NCBI RefSeq assembly: GCF_004010195.1
Contig: NC_057753.1
Location: 10,354,445 to 10,418,444 of the forward strand
Length of the DNA: 64,000 bases
Origin: Chiloscyllium plagiosum
Lineage: Eukaryota
Direction: 5' to 3'
In this document: positions 50,396-62,330 of the stretch, one piece after another
Layout: each line of letters opens with the position of its first letter
Numbering within the stretch: position 1 is the first letter of the stretch
Notes under the pieces: generated by a model
Database searches by the model: none
Told to the model about the DNA's origin: nothing
What the model saw: only the letters and a program-made list of their open reading frames with translations
Made by a program: the position numbers and the translations under genes

Positions 50396-51487
50396 TCAGT
50401 CCTGGGAGTGACCCACAGCAGCGTCACCAGGGGGATCTGATTGTTTGGAGCACTGATGCCCCCGCTGGTGCCTCCGCAAGTTGCTGGAACACGCAAACCT
50501 GCGCCCACATTCTGCGCAGGGGAAGGGCCTTTCCCCAGTGTGAACCCGCTGGTGCTTCAGCAGGTCAGAGGAATCACTGAATGCTTTTCCACACTCAGGG
50601 CAGCTGAAGGGCCTCTCCCTGGTGTGGATCCGCCAATGGGTCTGCAGGGTGCCAGCTTGGGTAAAGTCCTTCCCACATTCGGGACAGCTGAAGGGCCTCT
50701 CCCCGCTGTGGATCCGCCGATGGGTCAGCAGGTGGGAGGACTGGGTAAAGCCCTCCCCGCACTCAGGGCAACTGAAGGGCCTCTCCCCCGTGTGGACCCG
50801 CCGATGGATCAGTAGGTTGGAGGCCTGGGTAAAACCCTTCCTGCACTCGGGGCAGCTAAAGGGCCTCTCCCCGGTGTGGACCCGCCGGTGGGTCAGCAGT
50901 CTGGAGGCATAGGTAAAGCCCTTCCCGCACTCGGGGCAGCTGAAGGGTCTCTCCCCAGCGTGGACCTGCCGGTGGGCCAGCAGGTCGGAGAAACAGCTGC
51001 AGGCTTTCCTACACTCCGGACAGCTGAATGGCCTCTCCCCATTGTGGACCCGCCGGTGCCTCAGGAGGGAGGAGGAATTGGTGAAGGTCTTCCTGCACTC
51101 GGGGCAGCTGAAGGGCCTCTCCCCGGTGTGGAGCCGCCGGTGGGCCAGCAGGGTGGAGGTCCGCGTAAAGCCCTTGCCACACTCTGGGCAGCTGAAGGGC
51201 CTCTCCCCTGTGTGGACCTGCTGGTGCTTCAGCAGGGTGGAGGAACTGCTGAATGCTTTTCCGCACTCAGGGCATGGAAACGGCCTCTCCCCTGTATGAA
51301 CCCGCCGGTGAGTCTGGAGGTTGGAGGAATCACTGAAGGCCTTCCCGCACTCAGGGCAGGAGAATGGTCTCTCCCCGCTGTGACTGCGACGATGAATTTC
51401 CAGGGCAGACGGGACACAGAAACCTTTCCCGCAGTCGCCACATTTCCACGGTTTCTCCACAAGGCAGGATCCTTCGGGTTTCTCCAT
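50396..51487 (-). CDS. Tandem C2H2 zinc-finger protein, 12 fingers, 363 aa, no effector domain visible
   Basis: gccATGG at 51487; twelve fingers; acceptor tttttacag at 51895-51893; AATAAA 50227-50222. Confidence 0.92.
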   Translation of the reverse strand: MEKPEGSCLVEKPWKCGDCGKGFCVPSALEIHRRSHSGERPFSCPECGKAFSDSSNLQTHRRVHTGERPFPCPECGKAFSSSSTLLKHQQVHTGERPFSCPECGKGFTRTSTLLAHRRLHTGERPFSCPECRKTFTNSSSLLRHRRVHNGERPFSCPECRKACSCFSDLLAHRQVHAGERPFSCPECGKGFTYASRLLTHRRVHTGERPFSCPECRKGFTQASNLLIHRRVHTGERPFSCPECGEGFTQSSHLLTHRRIHSGERPFSCPECGKDFTQAGTLQTHWRIHTRERPFSCPECGKAFSDSSDLLKHQRVHTGERPFPCAECGRRFACSSNLRRHQRGHQCSKQSDPPGDAAVGHSQD

Positions 51488-52455
51488 GGCCGAAGCTTCA
51501 GCTGCACACAAACTCGTGTAGAGCTCCTCCTTGCCGTGAATTCCACTTTCCACACACTATAACTGTTTCAGGCTCCACACTCAGTGCGCTGCAACAGTAG
51601 GGTCTCTCATCCAGTCTCACTGATGCTCAAAACATACTCAAACAGGAACCAAAGGGCTTTGCTCCTTCTCACAGAATCATAGTTGGAAATCGTTACTGTC
51701 CCAATGGATTGAGTGACTGTCAGACATTGACGTGAAAGTGAGGACTGCAGACGCTGGACAGTCAGAGTCGAAAAGTGCGGCGCTGCAAAAGCACAGCAGG
51801 TCAGGCAGCATCTGAGGAGGAGAGTCAGTGTTTCAGGCATAAGCCCTTCACCTATTGATTTTGAAACTTCAATCTTTAAATCTTTAAATAATCTGTAAAA
51901 AGCGATTACAAAAGTCATCACTGTCAGAACAGGGTAGAAATTCAGAACAAGTAATCCTACTTTCTGCGGAACATTCTTTTCTCTTGTTAGTCCACAAAAT
52001 TGAAAGCACCATCCCACTATCTCTCTCCCCCTCTTGGCCCACGTCCCTTTCAACCCTTCCTATTCATATACCCATCCAGATGCCTTTTAAATGTTTAGAT
52101 TTTACCAGCCTCCACCACTTCCACTGGCAGCTCATTCCTTACACGCACCACCCTCTGAATGAAAGAGTTGCCCCTTAGGTCCCTTTTAAATCTCGACCCC
52201 CACCCAAAACCTATTACCGTGTAATTCTGGACTCCCCCCAACTGAGGGAAAAGACCTTGTCCATTTACCTTATCCATGTCCCTCACGATTTTATGGAAGT
52301 CTATAAAAGGTCATCGTTAGTTTCTGACACTTGAAGGAAAATGGCCACACCTTATTCAGCTCAAATCCTGACAACATTGTTGTAAATCTTTTCTGAAGTT
52401 GAAACTTTATTGCTGGAACAGCACAGCAGGTCAGGCAGCATCCAGGGAACAGGAG

Positions 52456-52491
52456 ATTCGACGTTTCGGGCACAGGCCCTTCTTCAGGAAT
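52456..52491 (-). ncRNA. Minimal type I hammerhead ribozyme motif in a Penelope-derived repeat
   Basis: ATTC-CTGAAGA-A-GGGC-CTGT-GCCC-GAAA-CG-TC-GAAT: full core with stems I and II paired. Confidence 0.75.
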
Positions 52492-55223
52492 GAGCAGAGA
52501 GTGTTCAGCAGGAGAAGATAAAAGGTAGGGAGGAGGGACTTGGAGGAGGGGCGTTGGAAATGTGATAGGTTTTCTGAACCCTTTCAAGTTCAGACAACAT
52601 CCTTCCTATAGGAGAGAGACCAGAATTGCACACAATTTTCCAAATGTGGATGAACCAATGTCCTGTACAGGTACAACATAACCTCCCAAATCCTGTACTC
52701 AGAGGATTGGGAAAGTTTTCAAAACCCAGAAAAGACAACTGGAAAGAATGGAGGGACTAACTGACCTTTTGAGACTCAGCTTGGAGGTATCAACACCTCT
52801 GGGAGAATAGGGGAAGGAAGCCAAATGTGCTGGAGCCAAGGCGGAGGAGGAACAGAGGATACATAGCTGGTTTGAAGCTGCAATGAGGAATAGTGCACGT
52901 GCTGTACTTGTACCTGTTGCATTTACTTGTGGGAATTGGGTGCATTTTGAAACGGAAAACAGGAACGGTATCTACCCCTCCACCCTCCCAATTGTACCAG
53001 CCACCACCACTTCCTTTGGCAGTTTGTTCCATGCACGCACACCCTCTGCGTAAAGAGGTTGTCCCTCAGGTCCCTTGTAAACCATGCCCCTCTCACCTCA
53101 AACATATGCTGTCTAGTTTTGGACTCCCCTACCCTGGGGAAAAGACCTTGGGTGTTCATCCTATCCATGTCTCTTACAAAGATCTATACGGTCACCACTC
53201 AGCCTCTGATGCTACAGAGAAATTATCCCTGGCCTATTCAGCCTCAAACCATCCAACTCTGGGAACAGCGTTAAAAAAAGTTTTTACGACTACTTTCAAA
53301 GTTTCACAAAATCTTTCCTATACCAGGGAGGTCAGAGCTGAACGCAATATTTGAAAACTGGCCTAACAAATGTTCTCTACAGCTGCAACATGATCTCCCA
53401 ACTCCTGTAATGAATGCTCAGACCAATAAAGGGCAGCATGTGAAACACCTTCTTCACTATCCTGTCTACCTGAGACACCACTTTCAGGGAACTATGAACC
53501 TGCACTCCAAGGTCTCTTTGTTCTGCAACACTCCCCTTAACTGTGTCAGTCCTGCCCGTATTACTTGACCAAAACATACCACCTCACATTTCTCTAAATT
53601 AAACTCCATCTCCCACTCCTCAGCCCATTGGTCCATCTGATCAATTCTAATTTATAGGTAACTCTCCTTTCTTACTCCCTCAGAGCTGAAAATCTCCATC
53701 CCACACACTCTCCCTCCATTTTCACTTTGCTGAACCTAATCCCTGCTGTACCTTATCCAGAAGGGTCTGGCTCATGCTGATTAACAGGCCCACACTGAGA
53801 GGAGATGGAATTGATACATACAGAATACTGAACAGCCTGGACAGAGTGGATGTTGGGAAGATGATTCTATTAGTAGAAGAGACGAGGACTCAAGGGCACA
53901 GCCTTAGATTAAAGGGAAGACCTTTTAGAATGGAGATGAGGAGAAATATCTTCACCCAGAGAGCAGTGAATTTATGGAATTCATTGCCATAGAAGGCTGT
54001 GGAAGTCAGGTTGCCGAGGATATTTAAGACTGAGACAGATGGGTTCTTGAGTATCAAGGGGATTGAGGTTTAGGGGGAGAAAGAGGGAAAAGAGGTCTGA
54101 GAAACTTATCAGCCATGATTGAATGATATAAGCAGATCTGATAGGTTGAATGGTCTAATTTCTGCTTCTACGTCTTATGGTCTCTTGCTGTACTGGACAC
54201 AGAGGGTGAGCATTGGAAGCAGGAGTAAACAATTTGGAGTTTCGAGCATGCCCCAGCATTGAATAGATCATGGCTGCATATGAATATCCCATACCTAGGT
54301 GAATAGGCTGGGAATTTTTCACTGGAGTGTAGGAGGTTCAGAGGTACCTTTATAGAGGTTTATAAAATCATGAGGGGGATAGATAAGGTGAATGGCGGGT
54401 ATTCTTTCCCGAGGGTGGGGGTTTCAAGATTTGGGAGAAAATTTTGAACGTGAATAGAGAAAGATTTAAGAGACTGGAGGAGGACTTTTTTTTTTAAGAA
54501 AGAGTGATTTGTGTGTGGAATGTCCAGAGGAAGTGGTGCATGCAGGAATAGTTACAAAGTTTAAAAGATGTTTGAGTAAGTACATGTAGAGGAAAGGTCC
54601 AGAGGAAAGGTCCAGAGGAAAGGTCCAGAGGAAAGATTTGGGAGAAAATTTGTGAATAGAGAAAGATTTAAGAGACTGGAGGAGGACTTTTTTTTTTAAG
54701 AAAGAGTGATTTGTGTGGGGAATGCCCAGAGGAAGTGGTGCATGCAGGAATAGTTACAAAGTTTAAAAGATGTTTGAGTAAGTACATGGATAGGAAAGGT
54801 TCAGAGGAAAGGTTCAGGTCCAAACACTGGCAGGTGGGACTAGTTTAGTTTGTGAACATAGTCAGCATGGACTAGTTGGACTAAAAAGTGTCTGTTTCTG
54901 TGCTGTGTGACTCTGTAACTGTTCTGTACTGATCTTAAAGCCATTTTCTTGCCTTCCCCCAGAACCATCCACTTCTTTGTTGTTCAACAATCAGATGAAC
55001 TCAGCTTTGAATATATTCAGTGAGACATCCCCACTTCTGAACTCAATTCCTCTTGCTATTACACCACTTGCAGGGTGTAACTCGGCAGGGGCACGCTGTA
55101 TTCTTCTATGTTCTATGTTCTATGTACACCACTTGCCTTGCTGATTGTTTGCTGCACCTGTCTGACAAACTGGCATTGACTGATGTAAAAGGACTCTGAG
55201 GCCCTTTTATACATCCACAAATC

Positions 55224-55259
55224 ATTCCTGATGAAGGGCTCATGCCCGAAATGTCGACT
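55224..55259 (+). ncRNA. Minimal hammerhead motif in a Penelope-derived repeat
   Basis: ATTC-CTGATGA-A-GGGC-TCAT-GCCC-GAAA-TG-TC-GACT. Confidence 0.6.
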
Positions 55260-56039
55260 CTCCTGTTCCTTTGATGCTACCTTGCCTGCTGTGCTTTTCC
55301 AACACTACACTTTTTGACTCTAATCTCCAGCATCTGCAGTCCTCACTTTCTCCACATCCCAATATATCACAATTTAAACAATACACCTCCTTTCTGTTTT
55401 TCATTCCACAGCAAAGGTTATAACTTCACATTGTGGTCTTCTCTCCATCGGGAAGACTGAGTGTAAACTGGGTAATGGCTCACCAAACATTGCAGCTGGG
55501 TTCGCAGAGGCCAACTAGATTTTCCAGTCACTACCCATTTTAATTCCCCTTTCCACTCCCTTCCTGACATGACCATCTTTGGCCTCCTCCATTGCCACAA
55601 TGAACCAAACCGCAAGTTGGAGGAACAACACTTCACCTTCCGCCTGGGCAGCCTACAGCCCAGAAGACTCAACGTTGAGTTCTCCAATTTCAAAAAAAAC
55701 TCCTTTCCCACAACCACCCCATGAAGGAGCGACGCTCCGGAATCTAGTGCTTCCAATTAAACCTGTTGGACTATAACCTGGTGTGCTATTTGTAACTTCG
55801 TACACCCCAATCCAACACCGGCATCTCTAAATCCCTTCCCATCCCATCCCCCGACTCCATTCCCAGCCCATCCCCCTCCCTTTCACTCCTCCCTGGCATC
55901 AACCAGATTCCACCCTCCCATTGACCAACCAGGTCGTACCCTCAGTACCTGTCTTCACCCATCCCCACTTCACCACCCTGCCCCCGGCACCCCCTTTATC
56001 TGCAGCTCGCCTTACACACTCTCCCCCCGCGCCGTGAAG

Positions 56040-56570
56040 ACTTTTCCAGAGTCTGTCCCCTCCCTGGATTCACTCCCTTTCCTTTCAAGTCAACAATTGG
56101 ACCCCAGAATGAAAAATAAATGGAAAAGGGGACGAGTTAAGAGAGTGCAGTACTCACAGATCTTGCACAGTGGAAAGAATTTGTAGTCTGGGTGAAGCTC
56201 AAACTTCAGAGAGAGAAAGAGAGGAGCAAGAATAGCAGCTTCAGCAATTCATTGTCCAACTTCCGCACTCAGACAATGGAGTGGCTTTGGGGGAGGACCA
56301 GTCTCCTTCCGGTCCTCCAGGGCCCCCTACTGGTCAATGAAAAGACGATCGCGCGCCTTTTTTTTGCGGACAGCGCTGCGCATGCCCAATGTTTTGCTGA
56401 CACTGGCGAGCGTGCGCAGTATGCTCTATCGGGATGCTGGTGTTGCTGACAGATTTTAAGTGTCCAAATGTCAATAGGAAAAAAAAGGCTAGAGCCACAA
56501 TTTTTTTCCCTGTGGCTCGATAGTTTTCTCCTTTTGCATTTTGTCTGGCTGCTCAACTTTTGTATGTCTT
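56040..56570 (-). promoter_or_regulatory. ZNF promoter/exon-1 module, copy M7; best candidate promoter of the 12-finger gene
   Basis: TGCGCATG near 56377, GACCGGAAG, GCGGAAGT, CpGs retained, donor GTGAGT 56157-56152, same strand as and upstream of the ZNF CDS. Confidence 0.62.
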
Positions 56571-57484
56571 TTCTCCTTGTTGAGTGGGTGGGCGGCATGG
56601 CGGGAAGACCAGAACTGGAGGGCATAGGTTTAGGGTGAGAGAGGAAAGATTTCTGAGGGTCCTTAGGGGCAAGTGTATGGAATGAGCTGCCAAAGGAAGT
56701 GGTGGAGGCTGGTACAATTACAATATTTAAAATGCATCTGAATGGGGATATAAATAGGAAGATTCAGACGGATATGGACTAAATGCTGGCAAATGGGTCA
56801 CTAGATTAATTAGGATATCTGATCGGTGTGGACAGAAGTTTGTTTCTGTGTTCTACAACTCTATGACTCAATTTTTACATAATCAGAACCAATTTTATGA
56901 GACTAGGAATAGGCCATTCACCCTTTCCAGCCTGTCCTGAGCTGTGGCCTATCTATGCATATTTCAGTGCAAGGTTCAGGAAGATTTCAGCAGCTCATTT
57001 AAAAAATTTAACATGCTTTCAGACTTTAACGATGTTTCTGAATATATCATTTTAGCTAGTCTCATTTTTAAAGATCAGACGTTTGTCACCACTCCCGATT
57101 CCCAGTTTAGTCATCACCATGCATTGTCTCTCTCCCTTCTGAGAAGGGCTTGATACAGCAATCAAAGAGGGCTCGAGGCATGAGAAAGACCAGGGATGTG
57201 GTGCACTGGGGAGAAAAGAGAGAGAATGCATACGGAGCAGAAAATGGATGCGAGGTAGAGAAACAGAAAATGGACAGGGGTAGAGGGTGTGCTTAGAGAA
57301 AGACTGGGGTGGGGGGGAACAGAGGGTGGGGAGAAGAGGAGGACGACTTGCAGGCANNNNNNNNNNNNNNNNNNNNNNNNNNNNNNNNNNNNNNNNNNNN
57401 NNNNNNNNNNNNNNNNNNNNNNNNNNNNNNNNNNNNNNNNNNNNNNNNAGAGATGCAGAGGATGGGGGGGGAGAGAAAGAGAGA

Positions 57485-57710
57485 AAATGGACGGGGCTGC
57501 TGTGGGTGGTGGGTGGAATGGATGGGGGCACTGTGGGTGGGGAGAAGTCAACAGATGGCGCTATGGGTTGCGAGGAACGTATGGATGGGGCACTTTGGGT
57601 GGCGGTGGTGGAATGAATAGGGGGAAGCTGTGGTTGGGGGTGGGGAATGGACGGTGGTGCTGTGGGTGAATGGGCGGGGGCACTGTGGGTAGTGGACGGA
57701 ATGGGATGTT
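57485..57710. repeat. G-rich degenerate minisatellite
   Basis: Recurring tggatggggcactgtgggtgg-like units. Confidence 0.7.
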
Positions 57711-58182
57711 TGTGTCTTGGAGGTAGGGGCTGGTGGTGAAAGCATCCCAGCCACTCCCAGCATCTCCTTCTCTACACACATGCAGTGGAAAGTTTTGAGT
57801 CTGGGTGGGATGCTGTTCGGAGGGTCAGTGTGGACTCAATGGGCCGAATGGCCTGCTCCCACACTGGGGATCCTATGATTACAAGAGCTGTAAAACCAGC
57901 AACTTCTAATTGGTGAAGTAAAAGACTAGGAACTAATCTTTAAGCAGTTTTCCATTTATTCACTCTATTTGCTCTTTCAACATTACTTGAATTTAAGGTG
58001 TTCCATTGTAGTGTTTAATTATGATCCATGAGAAGCAGCATCCAGTCTCATCTGAGTGCAGAACCAACTCAACTGACTGAACAAGCGTAACAACTCTTCT
58101 GTCTACTCTTTAGATGTGACATCCTCTCCCTCTCTCTCTGTTGACCCAACAGGACCCAACTTACTGTCCAAGTTGTTACGCA

Positions 58183-58500
58183 TGGGCGGCACGGTGGCAC
58201 AGTGGTTAGCACTGCTGCCTCACAGCGCCTAAGACCCGGGTTCAATTCCCGCCTCAGGCGACTGACTGTGTGGAGTTTGCACGTTCTCCCCGTGTCTGCG
58301 TGGGTTTCCTCCAGGTGCTCCGGTTTCCTCCCACAGTCCAAAGATGTGCAGGTCAGGTGAATTGGCCATGCTAAATTGCCCGTAGTGTTAGGTAAGGGGT
58401 AACTGTAGGGGCATGGGTGGGTTGCGTTTCGGCGGGTCAGTGTGGACTTGTTGGGCCGAAGGGCCTGTTTCCACGCTGTAATGTAATCTAATCTAATCTA
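58183..58500 (+). mobile_element. HE1-type V-SINE, full length
   Basis: gggcggcacggtggcacagtggttagc..ggttcaattccc..(tctaa)n. Confidence 0.92.
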
Positions 58501-59475
58501 GGATTACCAGAGCTGGAAGTACTACTCTCGAAATATGATTGGCTGATCTACAGTTTGTTTGTGCTGCATAGCATAAAGATTTAAAAGCTGCTAGCCTGAT
58601 CTCGCACAAAGCACAACAGACTGTTCACCCGTGGCTGTGCAGAGGAGAAATTTCACAAAATAACAACACTTACCAGTCCCACTACACTGTGTTACCCATA
58701 GGGGAGGGGGAGGGGAAGTACAGTGTTTTACTCTCAGGCGTTGGAGGGGAGGACACAGTTTCAGGCAGTGTGTGCAGTTAAAATTAAACCCTGTGCTTTT
58801 TTTGTCTTAAAAAATTCAAACTGCATTGACTTGGGGGAATAAAAAAATGAAGAAAAGGGAGCTCAGAAAGTGTCCTCCCCCCAACTGATACACACACTCA
58901 CAACCAGAGACACTGGTCCAAGTCCAGGAGTAAATGCTGTAAAGGTGGTGTTGATAGTGAGGAGGATGGTCTCCAGCTACACTCTGAGATCGATTAGCTG
59001 GTAAGTGGGGCCAAGCGATGGAATTTAATCTCCGGGCATTCTGGGAAATTTAATAAGGAAGGAAATACCCAATAAATAGTAGGTTCCTACAGAGTGCTGA
59101 GCAACAAAGGGACCTTACTGTCCAAGTCCAGGGATTCCCAAAGGTGTCAGTACAGGTAAAACAGTGGGGAGGCGGGAGGTGAGGAAGGCATAGATTTGTA
59201 CATTTTCACACAGAGGGTGACGCGTGTGTGGAATGAGCTGCTAGAAGAAGTAGTGGAGGCTGGTACAACTACAACATTTAAGAGGCATGTGTATGTGTAT
59301 GTGAATGGGTAGGGTTTAGAGGGATATGGGCCACATGCTGGCAAATGGGGTAGATTAATTTAGGATATCTGGTCAGCATGGACGAGATGGACTGAAGGTA
59401 TAGTTTCTGTACAACTCTGATTCTGTACAACTCTCTGACCATCCACTTCATTTTGAAATATTTTCACTGCTACCG

Positions 59476-59779
59476 TGGGCGGCACGGTGGCACAGTGGTT
59501 AGCACTGCTGCCTCATAGCGCCAGAGACCCGGGTTCAATTCCCGCCTCAGGCGACTCTCTGTGTGGAGTTTGCACATTCTCCCCGTGTCTGCGTGAGTTT
59601 CCTCCGGTTTCCTCCCACAATCCAAAAATGTGCAGGTTAGGTGAATTGACCATGCTAAATTGGCCGTAGTGTTAGGTAAAGAGGTAAATGTAGGAGTATG
59701 GGTCTGGGTGGTATACGCTTCGGCGGGTCGGTGTGGACTTGTTGGGCCGAAGGGCCTGTTTCCACACTGTAAGTAATCT
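59476..59779 (+). mobile_element. HE1-type V-SINE
   Basis: A/B boxes and conserved body. Confidence 0.9.
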
Positions 59780-59899
59780 TGCAACACCCTGTCAGAAAGC
59801 TCCAGGTCCTGACACCTCCTTCCTCACGTCTCCTGTGTATTTTAAATCAATAATACCTGTGGTATGTTACTGGGTTAGTACTTTAAACACACAGACACA

Positions 59900-60545
59900 T
59901 ACAATATAATCAGAATTTCTATTCAGTACAGACAGTGATGACTTCTTTGAACTTTGTTTACAGGGTATCAGAAGGGGAGGATCTGCAGACCAGAAATCTC
60001 GGAAGAAATTCCATAACAAGATCTGACAGGGTCACTCAATATCATTGGGGGTTTGAATCTGGAAGGAGAAATCTATTCTACCTACTTCAAAAGGTACTGG
60101 ACATCAGTATGACTAGATAGACAGGAACACAACAGTGAACTGAGCTTTAACCGTTGCACAGACTGTGAGAGAGTGTATCAGATTAGATTAGATTCCCTAC
60201 AGTGTGGAAACAGACCCTTTGGCCAAACAAGTCCACACCGACCCTCCAAAGAGTAACCCTTTTCCCTCTGACTAATGCACCTAACACTACGGGCAATTTA
60301 GCTTGGCCAAATCACTTGGCCTGTACATCTTTGGACTGTGGGAGGAAACCGGAGCACTCAGAGGAAACCCACACAGACATGGGGAGAATGTGCAAACACC
60401 ACACAGACAGTTGCCCGAGGCTGGAATCAGACCTAGGACCCTGGCGCTGTGTGGCAGCAGTGCTAACCACTGAGCCACCATGCCACCCATTAGTGAGCTG
60501 ACTATGGGAAGGAACTTTAACTAGTTACACAGACTGAGAGAGAGA
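59900..60545 (+). pseudogene. Degenerate start of another ZNF coding exon, interrupted by an HE1 SINE (60181-60488, minus)
   Basis: gacagtgatgactt...tttacag acceptor context (ending 59963) shared with the intact ZNFs; 60493-60535 matches the reverse complement of about 15870-15914 in the other ZNF remnant. Confidence 0.55.
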
Positions 60546-61789
60546 GAGCTGGGGCTATTTTCTTTACCCTGGAGCATCAGAGTCTGAGGGGTGACCTTAT
60601 CGAGGTTTATAAAGTCATGAGGGACATGGATAGGGCGGATAACCTAAGTCTTTTTCCCCAGAGTGGGGGAGTAGAAAACTTGAAGACATAGGTTTAAGGT
60701 GAGAAGAGCAAGATTTAAAAGGGACTTAAGGCACAACGTTTCATGCAGAAGGTGGTGCATGTATGGAATGAGCTGCCAGATGAAGTGGTGGAGGTGGATA
60801 CAATTACAAAATTTAAAAGGTGTCTGGGTGAATACTTCAGGTTTAGAGGGATATGGGGCAAATGCTGGAACTTGGGACTGGGTCAGATTGAGACATCTGC
60901 TCAGCATGGATGGTCTGTTTCCATGCAGTGTGACTCTATAAGTCTATAGCTCTATGACTGAAACCAATCTTTTTACTAATAATCTTGCTGCTGGTTTTTT
61001 TTTAGTGCACCCAGTTTCAGGAGATTTGTGTTGGTAAAAGTGGCATATGCCCCCTATTCTGGGAATTCTGGAAAATATAAAGGGGCTGTTAAAAGTATTT
61101 TAATTTTGGGAATACTGGGTCTTGTGAAAGCAAGGCATTTTCAGAGAAATTCTCCACAACTGGCGGACTAGTTTTCCCATGGAATGTTACACAGATATTA
61201 AAAATGTTACATTCTGTAAAACATTTTCCTGAAAAATGGAGTAGAATTCAACTTGCTAATGTGAAACAAATGTTGGAGAGAAAGGAAACTGCCAAGATCA
61301 AAAAGGTTGATGAAAGTCAACACTCGTCAGATAGTTTTTCTGTTCTAGACACATTCACTGGAGACACCAGAAGAGGGGCATCTCATACCTCGTCCTTCAA
61401 TTAGTTTTGAAATATTGTTTGTGTATCTTAATTGTTAAGTCGTACCGAGTACATAGAAAGATGGCTGTGGTTGTTGGAGGTCAGTCATCTCTGGTCCAGG
61501 ATGTGTCTACAGGAGTTCATAGGATAGTGTCCAAGGCCCAATCATCTTCATCAACGACCTTCATCCATCACAATAACTCATCTCCAAAAGAGATAATCTG
61601 ACCACTGGCCCGTGATATTCAACAGTTTTACGGTCACTAAATATCCCACTATCAACATGCTTGGGGTTTACCATTGATCAGAAACTCAACTGGACTAACC
61701 ACATATACAGAATGGCTACAAGAGCATGTTACAGACCAGGAATGCTGCAGCGAGTAACTCACCTCTTCCTCACTCTCCCCTGCTCCCCC

Positions 61790-62330
61790 CCAACCACCCA
61801 TTGTTCTGACAAACGGGGAGACCAATCTTTGGTCAACCCTGGAGGACCGGAAGAAGACTGGTCCTCCTGCCAATCAGAGCCCCCCATGCAGAAGATGGAC
61901 CCTGAGCTTCTGAAGCTGTTGCTGCTCCTGTCTCTCTCTGAATGAAGATTGAGCTTCATCCCAGACTGCAACTTCCTTCCTCTGTCTAACAACTGTGAGG
62001 ACAACACTCTCCTTTCTCACCCTCCCCTCCTTTTCCATTTCTTTTCTCATCCTGGGGTTCAATTGTTGATTTGTCGGAGCTGGAGGGAAAGCAAGTCAAT
62101 CCAGGGAAAGGTACAGACTCTGGAAACGGTTGCTCTCGATCTGTGTTTATTAATGACATTGACAGGCTTTGTTTCCTCAGCTTGACACATTTATTTGTCT
62201 GGCAAAAAGGATGACTTCTTGATCTGCCATCAGGACAGATGCGAGAATATTGAATCTGCATGAGAAACAGGGTGCTGGTCAGGGGTCAGATTCCCTCTAA
62301 GAGCTCTTTGTAAGAGCTTGTTGATTTGAT
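61790..62330 (+). promoter_or_regulatory. ZNF promoter/exon-1 module, copy M8
   Basis: GACCGGAAG, CCAAT near 61822 and 61870, donor GTGAGG 61995-62000. Confidence 0.55.

Larger units (their letters stand above)
52980..57080 (-). repeat. Inverted segmental duplicate of about 37990-42250
   Basis: Reverse-complement colinearity including unique sequence (for example 38040-38180 versus 56885-57035). Confidence 0.82.

Noticed and set aside
58183..58260. tRNA gene
   Set aside because: A/B boxes belong to the tRNA-derived head of an HE1 SINE
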